DNA of 64,000 bases from Octopus sinensis (Eukaryota): contig NC_043000.1 of NCBI RefSeq assembly GCF_006345805.1, positions 83,762,001 to 83,826,000 of the forward strand. The letters are read 5' to 3'. This document shows, piece after piece, positions 38,382-50,230 of this stretch. The notes beneath the pieces are model-generated. The model did no database searches, was not told the origin of the DNA, and was given only the letters and a program-made list of their open reading frames with translations. The translations under genes and the position numbers were made by a program. Position 1 is the first letter of the stretch. Each line of letters begins with the position of its first letter.

Positions 38382-38413
<32 letters not shown>

Positions 38414-40440
38414 CTCTCACAATATCTATATATATATTATACATACATATTCATTGCTATTCTTTGCACAGAATATATACATATAAAGTGGAGGAAGAAA
38501 GAGGTGGAGGAGGAATGAATCACATTATTGATTCAGCAGAAAAAAGAAAAAAAAAGAAAACACAAGAAAAACCCAAAGATAAATGTTGTTAGTGGAAGTT
38601 TACATAGTTCTACATTAAAATTCCAGCAGATATTCTATTGAGTTTTCTAGCAGAACATCAGTATCTTTTGAAGTGGAACCATTAATCAATGATAAAACAT
38701 AAACTCAAATCTTAAAATCTTGATTACCAAAGAACAGGAGTAAATAATGAACCGGTGGGGGTTGGGGTTGGAGTTGGGGGAGGGGATGACAAAAGTAAGG
38801 GGAGAGAAAAGTAAATAATAATAATGATAATAAAAGTAATAATGATAATGATGATGTTGATAATAAATAAGAAGAAGAAAAAAAAAGGAAAGCCAGGTTA
38901 ATTCTATCTGTATGTATACAAAGCGAAAGAGAGGAAAGTGGTTGAGTATGGTGGTGGTGGTGGGGAGATGGAGGGGATGGAGAGAAGACCAAATAAAGAA
39001 AAAGAAAGTAAGCAATAGGAAAAGAACTCTAAAGAAGGGAATGTGTGTGTGCATGTGTATGTGCATGTGTGTATCTGCATGTGTATGTGTATTGTATGTG
39101 TGCATTGTGTGTATGTGCATGTGAGTGTGTGTGTGTATGTGTGTTGTGTGTGAAATGTGTACATATGTGTATGTGCATGCATAAGTGTGTGCGTGCATGT
39201 GTGTGTGAGTGTATGTATTTGTATTGTATGTGTGTGTATCTGTGAGTGATTGTGTGTGATTGTGTGTGTGTATTTGCATTGTGTCTGTCTTTTGTGTGTG
39301 AGCTTGTAGGTGTGTATGTGTGTAGTGTACAAGTATGTGTTTATATGTGTGTAGTGTGCAAGTATGTGTGTGTGTGTTGTGCATGTCCCCTTCCAAATGA
39401 TGATGTCAGCATGGCACCTAATCACTAGATGCGGAAGAAATCCTTGACATATGGAATTAACCAAAACAAAATTGAATTTCATTTAAATTAATTGAAAGTG
39501 AAAATTTTCATTAACAGTAAATAACAAAATTTAAATGAAGACAACAAACACAGCAAAAAAAAAAACATACACAAATAACATTTAAGAACAGAAATTACAT
39601 AGACAACAACGACATTAACAGCAAGAAGAATGAGACATGCATAAAAGCAACAACACCAATAGTGCAATTGTGTGCATACTGCCACACCAATAGCACAAAC
39701 AGCAACAACCACAAGAACAATAATAACACAAACAACACACATAACAATCCTCATTAGTGGAGAAGTTTTAAGAAGCAAAAGACAATGGTATAATTAACTA
39801 CCACAACTGCTGCTGCTGCTGTTACCACCACCACCACTACCATTACTACTACAGCAACAAAACTTGTAACTGTGGGTAGAGGAGATTTCACAGCAGCAGC
39901 AATGTGCCCGTTTGACCTGCTAAAAAGAACAGCCAGATTTCGTTCAACGTTACACCCTACTGTTTTAAAAATAGAACGGCACATTGAGTAATGTCACTGT
40001 AGATGTAGGTATTCTTGATCAGAGCCTGTTTCAGTTTGGGGGAAATAACAACAAAAATAACCACTGCCATCATCATCATCATCATCATCACAAAGACAAC
40101 GATAATGACATTACAAAAGCATTAATGAGAAAACAATATCAACAGCCAAAACAACATTTGTTTCAAAGGCAGACACAAAACAAAGGAGCAGTCATTGAAA
40201 TCAACCCCCCAATATTTTACTGGTATTGTATTGGTAGTGGAAAGTTGAGAGATAAATTGACTCTTAATTTTGGGAATGATATTGAGAAAAGATGAAAAAA
40301 AAATTGTGACTGGGTATTTTGTTTGTTAAGCAACCAGCTTTGCGGTTCCACAGTTCAAACTAGAAATAACAACAACAACAATAATAAACACAAATACAAA
40401 ACCACATTAGTATGAAGTGCATAAAAAATGTCTTATTTAC

Positions 40441-40516
40441 CAAGTAAGTTGTAAATTTCTTTAGTGTGAGGGTTCATATTGTTGAAAGCATGTGAAATGA
40501 ACTTTAAGCTGAGAGC
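40441..40516 (-). CDS. TBC1D32: TBC1D32/BROMI coding exon (5'-most exon found in the window), ALSLKFISHAFNNMNPHTKEIYNLL, phase 0 to 1
   Basis: Minus strand: strong acceptor tttctttctctttcctag, 76-nt open exon, donor gtaaat. Resembles the recalled human segment DRILKFCAQTF...HMTKEIYTSL. Joins in frame to 35473. Confidence 0.9.
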
Positions 40517-41939
40517 CTAGGAAAGAGAAAGAAAGAAAATGATTAGGAACTGGCATGGAATATGTAAGTTGGCAAAATTATTGATATTAAGAACTCTTTG
40601 ACAAACTACCTTTAGGCTTCTGAAAAGTAAAGATTTCAGTTGAATAAAGACTTTTAATTTTGGCAAAAGACCAACAACTCTTGAGGATGCAAAATAGATT
40701 AAACTTGCCACAGTATATTATTGGGACCCTCATGATCAAAGTACTTTGTCTAGCACTCTATAAATTGCGCTATGCTGTCCCTTCAGTTATACTTGAATAA
40801 TGGTTTCAAATTTTGGAACAAGACCAAGTTCAGGGAAGAGAGTAAGTTGATTATATCAACCCCAGTGCTCAACTGGCACTTATTTTATGGACCCCAAAAG
40901 GATGAAAGGCAAAGTCAACCTCAGTGGAATTTGAACTCAGAACATAAAGACAGACAAAATGTATTTTGCCCAATGTACTAACAATCTGACCAGTTCACCA
41001 CCTTAGTTCTATTTGAAATAATGTGAACTAGAATTGATGCAAAATCTCTTACAAATTGGATGTATTTTTTGAATAGCCTCTGACCACCTCCCCCTCCTCC
41101 AAGAACCACTCCTATTTTCTTCATCCTACTCACCAAACTGATGTTTACCACTAATTAAGTCTCTTCTCCTGTTTACCATTCATTGCATTCACCTATATCC
41201 TCACCTTACACTCTCACAAACTTAGCCACCTGCCACTCCTGTTCTTCTGTCCCTGTCTTCCTCTTATTCACCTTCTGTATTTTGAAGGTATGTCCTGGCA
41301 CCTCGTCACCGTCATCTAGTTTTTTTTCCTCTTTCCAGCTGGGTCAGCCATATATGTCCTCTACAGCAAGACATCTGTTCCTATCCTTTTATCATACTCT
41401 TGCCTCTCAACACTTGACATAAAGCCACCTCCTTCAATACTTCACTTCCACACAGTCAAGGTATTTGGTCTTGTGAGTTACCTGGTGACCTTATTAATGC
41501 TGGTGACACACAAAAAAAGCACCTGATATACTCTGGAAAGTGGTTGGTGTTAGGAAAGGTATCCAGTCATTGAAACTATGCCAAAGCAGACAGTGGAGCT
41601 CATATCAGCATGGAAGACAGATGTTAAATGATGTTGATACAAGGTGCAGTCTTTACACATTGGATGTAATTACACACAGATATATAGTGCAGCCCCTTCT
41701 AGTCTGGTTATAGTTACAGAGGGAAACATCTTTTATAAGAAGGATGAATGATGACTATATGTTGTATCTATGGTCAAGACAACTATGCTAAGTACTACTC
41801 TTTGATAATATATATTAATATATCCAAATATGTCCTTCATGAGACATATATTAATTTATTTTAATCTATCAATATATCTTAGATCAGATATATATCAATT
41901 TACATACTAATTGGTATATATCCTTGATGAGATATATAT

Positions 41940-41987
<48 letters not shown>

Positions 41988-43140
41988 TCATCATCATCAT
42001 CATCATTTAATATCTGGCATGGGTTGGACGGTTTGACTGGAAACTGGTAAGCTGATGGGGGTTGCACCAGGTTCTGATCTGAATTTGGCAAGGTTTCTAT
42101 GGCTGGATGCCCTTCCTAATGCCAACCACTCCGAGAGCGTAGTGGGTGATTTTTACGTGCCACCAGCATGAGTGCCAATGACCTGACACTGGCATCAGTC
42201 ACAATTAGAGTCTCACTTGGCCTCACTTGTGTGTGTGTGTGTGTCTGTGTGTGTGAATACATCCCCATCACTATTATTATTTGGCATCTGCTTTCCATGC
42301 TGGCATGGGTTGGATTGTAAACTAAAGGACTGCACCAAACTACAACATCTGCCTTGGCATAGTTTTCACACCTAGATGCCATTTCCTAATGCCACATATT
42401 ATACAGTGTACTGAATGCTTTCCATATGGCACTGACCACTAGTGAGGACACCAATGAACTCACAAGGCCCCTACTCTTCAGCTGAGGGAGAGTAGTATTG
42501 AAAGAGGAGGCTTTATGCCAGGTGATAAGAGGTTAGTAGGGAGATATATGGTAACCTCAATTGAAAAAGAAAGAAGATGGTGGTCAAGAAGTGACAAAGC
42601 ACATGCTCAACTTACAAGAAGGTGAATATAAAAGAAGTGGTATGGGTGAGTGAGTTCATGGGACTGTGAAGGAGTGTGGCAGGTGGATAGGGATGGAGAT
42701 AAGGGAAATATAGTGAATGATGGATGTAGTAGAGGTGTGGTTGTTCATAAGTATCAGCTGGAGGAGAGGCTGACAAGATAAGTGTGAGTCAGGAAGGGGG
42801 AAGCTGTTGGCAAAATGAGATGTACAGATGGGAAAGGGGAGGTCAGAATTGGAGAAAAAGGTGGTGTGGTATGACATTGAAAATGAAGTAGATATATATG
42901 TGTATATATATATATATATATATTATATATATCTTGCATGAGAAATATATATATATATATATATATATTTTAATCTATATCTATCTATCTATTTACATTA
43001 TGTATATATATGTTTTAATCTATATCTATGTCTTTGATGCAAAATACATTAATTTACTGATACATATCTTTGGTGTGATAAATATTTATAGATTTTAATC
43101 TATTAATAGCTTTGATGAAATTTATACAAAAATATTTATA

Positions 43141-43171
<31 letters not shown>

Positions 43172-44982
43172 CTTTATTAATTTATTAAAATGCATACATA
43201 TATTATATATAAATATATTTTAATAGATTAACATATATATATATATGATGATGATGATGATGATGATGATGATATCTTTGCTGAGTTATATATTAATATG
43301 TATTTTTGATGATATATATATTTATACTGAAGAGAGAGGGAGAGAGCAAGATCAGATGGGCTTTATAGTGCACACAAGAAAGTAAGTTCTAAGATAACAA
43401 TAAACTAAATTTGCAACCCTGAATACATCGCAGAGGTAGCTTCCTTATTCACTCTGTACTTAGGGAAAGCATGAATGCAACAATGCCGCCTCTCTAATAA
43501 GATATAATCTTATGTATTTTAAATCTTTTGTTGACCATTTTATAATTTTTAAGGCAGTGTCTCTTCACAGTATCTTTTCCTTTACCTTTCTTTAATAATT
43601 CCTAAGAAACTAAATGGTTACTTGACACCTGTTTCAGTGCTTCTTGTTTATCTGATATAAAGAAAGTCAAGATAATTCTGATGAAAGAATTTCAAATCAG
43701 TGATTATTTACCACATTAGAGCAGAGGATAAATACATATTCTATATATTATTATAAAAAAAAGTATATTTGGCAAACCCCAGAGGCAGAAGATACAGAGT
43801 CAATCTTGGTGGAATTTGACGATCGGAGCATAAAAGAATGAATTAAATAACAGAAGTAGTCAGGTGGATGCCTCACTGTGTTGGCACTCGGTAACACTGT
43901 AGAATTAGCAAATGTTTTTCTTAGTTAGCAATACTTCATTCAAGTTTTCCTGAAACTCCACAACCTTATTCAACCAATTCTTTACTTTAGAAGAATAAAT
44001 TCTTATATTATTTTTAAACCAAAAAACCCCCAAAAAAACATGACATTAATAAAAGACTGACTGTAACTTGAAAGTTTGTAAATATAATCAACAAAATACA
44101 TGGATAATGGCAGTTATAGTAGCAGAAACCAATAGCTGAAAAATCTAGACAAGAAAAATTAAATAAAAACCAACAGAAAACACAGTTAAGAAGCAACACT
44201 GTATTTACCAGCTTTTTATTTTTTTATATTGATCTTAAAGTATCATCATCTTTCCCCAGTATATTCTATTTCTTGATTTTCTAAATGATCTGTTTCTTTC
44301 ATTACAGTTCTCTTGGAGAGTTTTCAAAACTCTGAAGTACTGTATACAACTAATACATGTTTCCAAATAGAGATTTGGACGAAAACGTCCTGCTAGTTCG
44401 AACAATCTAGTTTCTTAAGTAAACTAAAAAAATAAATAAATAAAAAACTGTACTTCAGTTTCCTCTCTTACATATATGACTGCTGATCTCAACAGATTTA
44501 CTGAAGTGTTTTTCATCTTTGAAGAACAGATATAATTTTTTTTTCTTAATGCAGTATTAACGAATGTTCAAGATATCAAATTAAAGAGTTTGCATATGAC
44601 TATCAATTTCCCAGAGTAGATCCTTCTCATAAATAGGACATGCAGAAGTAGGAGAGGATATCTTCTAGGCTGGATATAGTGGCTTAAGTCTGTCGATATT
44701 TTGATTAGGAGTTATATGAATGAGAGAAATAATAATTATTCAAGGAAAACATAAATAAATAAAAGAGAGGCTTGAGAGTTTTAGAAGATAAAGTGAGAAG
44801 TTATGATTCTTTCATCTTTCTCAAACAGAGGAAATGAAATAGTTTCACATAAGAATAATAATTGGATGGTGTAATCAGTACAAAAAAACAAAAAAAAACA
44901 ACAGCAACATCGAGGAACAAACATGTGAAGATTTGATATATTCAAGGTAGTATATTCAAACTAGCAAAAAAATTACTGGATA

Positions 44983-45040
44983 ATTCCAGATCCCAAATTT
45001 CTGGCTCTGCATAAAAAATGCTTTGCCTCATCAGTGGAAT
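44983..45040 (-). ncRNA. Minimal type-I hammerhead ribozyme-like motif on the TBC1D32 pre-mRNA strand
   Basis: Minus strand: ATTCCA CTGATGA GGC-aaa-GCAT ttttt ATGC-aga-GCC a GAAA TTTGGG ATC TGGAAT. Perfect 6-bp stem I, canonical CUGAUGA and GAAA, AUC triplet, one extra A before GAAA. Confidence 0.6.
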
Positions 45041-45444
45041 ATACACAGATAGCACATAAATACAAATATATATATATAACATACAAATACTTACATATAC
45101 AAACGTATACATACATATATATACACGTATGCACATGGCCAGTTTAAATTGCCCACCTAAAACTCCTCATGCGATATGGTAAAAAATATCACTGCAGTGA
45201 ATATAATGATGAAATAAATATATAAATTTATATAAATAAGGATAAGATCGTTATTTAAATATCAATCTTATCAAATGGCCAGCATGGGAATAAAAACCTT
45301 CAAAGGTAATAATTATTATTAAAATTATAATTTAGGGTATGTAAGAGATATCACCACGCTGGAAATAGCAGCCAAAACTTGACTCTAAAACCACATTAAA
45401 TGTTCATACAGCACTATGAGAGAAGTCAAAAAGACATGCCCTAA

Positions 45445-45524
<80 letters not shown>

Positions 45525-47837
45525 TATAGAATACAGGTGCAAGTAATCTTAATATATAAATTTATCTGGACTGCTGAAGGTAGTTACTTCCAATTACAAA
45601 TGGTATGATATATTTAAATGTGTAATCTCCAGGAGAATTGGTATCTGAAAATGTATTGTTGGCCTCAACATATTCTATTTTCCTTTAACTATTAAATACA
45701 ATGTAAAACATTAAATTCCACACAAAACACACCAAATCAGTAATTAGATTTATTTCCTGCCATAATGTATGGAACGAGGAAAGAAAGAAAACCAAAAACA
45801 AACAAGCAAACACATGCATCCACAAAAAAAAAAATAATAATCCCCCATCTGAAGCAGATTAAAAGAAAGGAAAAAGCAATTTTGTGATTATCAAAGACTG
45901 TTTCAATCCCTGACAAAAGTTGCAGTCATTCAATTGAATCAAGCAATTCCTTTATATTAAGAAACCAGTAAAATTGGGCAAAGCTATTTTATAGAGTCTT
46001 CTTGGTTTATATAATGTAATCAATTTTCCAAATGAAATTAAGGATGACAGCAATCAAATGAATAAGTGACGGAATGTGAGGTTTTAAACTTCCAGGCTCT
46101 ACCAATTTCATTATTTGTATTACACTGATGGAAATTTCACCCAGACACAAATTTGGTCTAATTTCATAAGAAACAAACCAGATGGGATTAGACTTGAGCT
46201 AAATAATAACTCTTTGACTTGTTAGATAATTATCTTAATTATCACTAATCAATAAGTGGTTAGTTAACAAAAAGAATTTATCAATCTATCACTGAGTAAT
46301 AGAGAGATTAAGTACTAGGCTTACAAAGAATAAGTCCTGGGGTCGATTTGCTCGACTACAGGCAGTGCTCCAGCATGGCCGCAGTCAAATGACTGAAATA
46401 AGTAAAAGAGTAAAAGAGTAATAAGCAATAATGAGTGGTCTACTTTTACCAATCTTGTCCAAGGCTTAGTTGAGATAAAAAAGCTCCAGTTTGTTGGCAG
46501 TTCCAATTTTACTTCTACTTAAATTACTACTAGAGTAGAATAAAATCAAAGTATTTTAATAAAATGCTTTCAAATTTTGACACAAGGCCAGCAATTTTGA
46601 GAGAGACAGGGGTGTTAGTTGATTGCATCACCCTCAAATGGTACTTATTTTATCGACCCTGAAAGGATGAAAGACAAATCAACATCAGTAGAAGTTGAAC
46701 TCAGGATGTGGAGACAGACAAAATGCTGCTAAGCATTTTCCCCCGGCATCTTGCCACCTTTTAAGGCCAGTGAATTTTGAGAGAAGAAAGACCATTTATC
46801 AAGTCCAGTGCTGAACTGGTATTTATTTTATTGCTTCTGAAATGATGAAAAGCAAAGTTGGCCTTGGTGCATTTGAACTCAGAACCCACCTGGAAGAAAT
46901 GCCACTAAGTATTTTTTTCTGGAGTGTTAATAATCTGCCAGCTTGCTACCTCAAGTATTTTGATAAAATAATAAATACAATAAACTAACAGACGGTCCAA
47001 CAATGACACCTCTATGTAGTCATTTGACTTGCTAGAAGTAACTGTAAACCCATCCGTAAATTACACTCTATTATCTTATTGAAAGAGCTGGCCAAGACTG
47101 GATTGGCTTCATTCATACATCTACTTAACCAGAGCTAAGCTAGAACTAAACAACAATAACAAGGTAGAGGAAGGGATGGTAGAGGAAGGGATGGTTTAAG
47201 TAGGTAAGCTGGTTAGAAATACTGATTCTTAGGAATGGACAAAGAAATGTGTATAGCAGAACTATTTTAAGTTCAGGGAAATATGGTATGAAGTAGTTAT
47301 AGTAGCGGAGAACTGAAGAGAAGTGACTGAAGTAGAAACAACCCATACAGAGCTGTATATTAAAAAAAATTAAAACCATGATGCTGATGACAATATGATT
47401 GGGAGTTGTCTTTATATTATTATCTGTTAGTCTTAAGAAAAAGGGACCTTGATCACATGCAAACAAATGGAGCTCAAAGAGAGAATCAATTCTGAAGAAC
47501 TCATCAAAATGGTTGGTAAATGAGATGTATTGAGAAAATTCATATACATATATCATCATCATCGTCGATTCATGTCCACTTTCCATGCTGGCATGGGTTG
47601 GACAGTTTGACAGAACTGGTAAGCCGGGAGGCTGCACCAGGCTCAAATCTGATTTGGCAAGGTTTCTACTGTTTGACACCTTTCCTAACACCAACCACTC
47701 TGAGAATGTAGTGGGTGCTTATTACATGTCACTGGCACAGGTGCCAGTCAGGTGGCACATGCATTGGCTACACTTGTGTACGACTTCTGCGTGTATCACC
47801 TGGTTAACTATAGACTATAACTTACATTGCCAGATAT

Positions 47838-48105
47838 TTTAAGCATCTGTATGGTGATTTTTCATGGGCTAGGGGCTTTCCCTGTCTTCATACCCTTAAT
47901 TGCTTTATCTACCAAAGTACTGTCAATTCAGATAGCTGGTCCTTCAGTTGAGTCAACATTTGGCAAACTCTCTTTCTCCCATTCATTGTTTTCATTTAGC
48001 AACCATTCATAGTGGCATCTCCAAGTCTCTTTCTTTGCAGCCTCATTAAATGCAAGTGAGCCATCATCCATGCAGATACATTTCTCTCCTATGACATTGC
48101 GGTTT
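47838..48105 (-). mobile_element. RTE LINE fragment (same family as 28812)
   Basis: CMDDGSLAFNEAAKKETWRCHYEWLLNENNEWEKESLP parallels the translation at 28812-28959. Confidence 0.8.
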
Positions 48106-49734
48106 TCTTTTACACACACACACACACACACATTCAAAAATGAAACTAGTAGTTTCCATTATCCTTTGCCATGGCTTATCATCGAATCTTCACCTATGAG
48201 ACTGCTAATTGTCTTTAGCAATAACTTTATTATTTATTTGATCAAAGAACTACCAAACACATATACTTTTCATTCCAATCCTTCCTTCAATTTTTGGAAA
48301 GTACTAATATCTTTGATTGGGGGTATTCATTTCTATATTTTCTGACCTCTCTCTCTCTCTCTCTCTGATGACAGCATACTTAGCTTATGGAATCCTTACA
48401 CAATATCATAATCCACATATTTGGCTATTCTAGAAAAAGCTGTGAGAGACTCTCTCTTTTTATCATAACTACTCTGCACTATGTTTATATTCTCTATTGC
48501 AATTAAATGTTTCTTTGAGTGATGTCAAGTGTTTTGCTTTTTCATTTTCTATTTTAATCAACATATGTGTGTGTGCCTGTGTGTGTATGTGCTGCTGGTA
48601 TGTAAAAAGCATCCAGCACACTCAGTTAAATAGTTGGCGTTAGGAAGAGCATCCAGCTGTAGAAAGAATGCCTCAACAGACAGCTGGAGTCTGGACAGCT
48701 CTCTGCTATTCAGCTCCATGTCAAACTGTCCAACCCATGTCAGCATGAAAAGTGGACGTTGAACGACAACACTGACGATGATGATATATATATATACACA
48801 TTATCACCATCATCATGTTCCCTTTAACTAATGTGGTGAGTCTGGGGTCCATTCTAGACACTTTGCAGTCAGTTGTTGACACTGGTCTCTGTTACACATT
48901 TTTGCCTCTCTTTTGCCCTCCCTCAACTATTACCTGAAAGATGGTTTTGGACAGGGAGTTGTGGCAGATACATGACTGTACCAGGCAAGCTTTTGTATTT
49001 TCAACTGCACAAGGAACGGTTCCTGTCTGCCAGCATATTTGTTCATTTGGTGCCTGACAAAGCTGTTTCTTTTGTACTTTGTGTATGGGATGTGAAGCAG
49101 AATTCTCAAGCACTCATACTGAAATGCCTGGATTCTTCATTGCATGTCAGCTCTCACACCCATACAGACCTGGGACTTGCACACATTGAATCTAGTTGGA
49201 AAACATATGGAGATGCTTTTCCATATATATTGAGCTGACAGACACTTCTTTCTTATCATTGTCACTGTTGGAAATCTAGTGAAGCAGTGAAACATTGATT
49301 AACTCAGTGGAACTCTATTTCAGCACAAATGTACAACATGGTTGCATGCAAATATATAAATGTGTGTGTGTGTATGGGTGTGTTATAAACAAGTGTAACA
49401 GAAAAATGGCTCTTAATAATTCTATATATTAACCATTTTGTTCTGATGAAATACACTCAATTCATTTTGGAAATAATTAAGAATTTAGTGAAATAACCAT
49501 TATTATTAAACTTGTGTTAAGTGAATTAGCATGAAATTTTGATGGAAGATTTTAAATTAATTCATTTTAAAAGAGAATGTTTATGTTATAGAACCAGGAG
49601 TGGTCTGAGGCAGGTTTGTATCAAACAGGTTAACACTGAAATAAAAATACATTTTAAGAGATATTTATTACTGACAGGTGGAGCTATTCTAGGGTAAAAA
49701 TGTTTTATGTACATGTAATGCAATAAAATGATGT

Positions 49735-50230
49735 TAATACATGCAGCTATTGCAGTGAAAAGGTGTTTATATATGCATTTATTTCAGTGCAAAAGTGTTT
49801 ATATATGCACCATTGCAGTACAGATGTTAACAAATACACCACTTCAGTGCAAAGGTATTTATATCTGCATCTATTGCAGTGAAAAGTGTTTATACATGCA
49901 TCATTGCAGTGCAAAGGTGTTTTTATGTGCACTTATTGCAGGACAAATGTGTTTCTACTTGCATCTATTGCAGTGTAAAAGTGTTCATATGTGCATCATT
50001 GCTGTGCAAAGGTGTTTATATGTGCACCTATTGTAGTGCAAAAGTATTTACACCCGCATCTGTTACAATGAGAAATTAATTGTATATATGCATCACTGCA
50101 GTGCAAAGGTGCTTATACATGTATCACTGCAGCATAAAGGTGTTTATATCTGAATCTATTACAGTGCAAAACTGTTTATATGTGCAGCTATTGCAGTGCA
50201 GAGGTGTTTCTAGGTGCAGGTATTGCAGAA
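49735..50230. repeat. Minisatellite, ~31-32-bp unit, about 15-16 diverged copies
   Basis: Consensus approximately tattgcagtgcaaaggtgtttatatgtgcacc. The cagt motif recurs at 49753, 49785, 49816 and onward. Confidence 0.9.

Noticed and set aside
37905-39482. Long ORFs (179, 236 and 192 aa) rich in H/T/Y/C/V
   Set aside because: They are translations of degenerate (CA/TG)n and (TA)n microsatellites with no domain signal.
39994-40025. Possible alternative terminal exon GSDQEYLHLQ* after exon 40441
   Set aside because: The acceptor (cccccaaactgaaacag) is weak, and a short stop-terminated frame is expected by chance.
44308-44420. Possible + strand nested exon or hammerhead (TCCAAAT/ATTTGGA-CGAAA-ACGTC)
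   Set aside because: All three frames stop quickly, and there is no CUGANGA directly before the stem.
49735-50230. CRISPR-like array of ~32-bp repeats
   Set aside because: Units are head-to-tail and diverged with no unique spacers, there are no cas genes, and the context is a eukaryotic intron.
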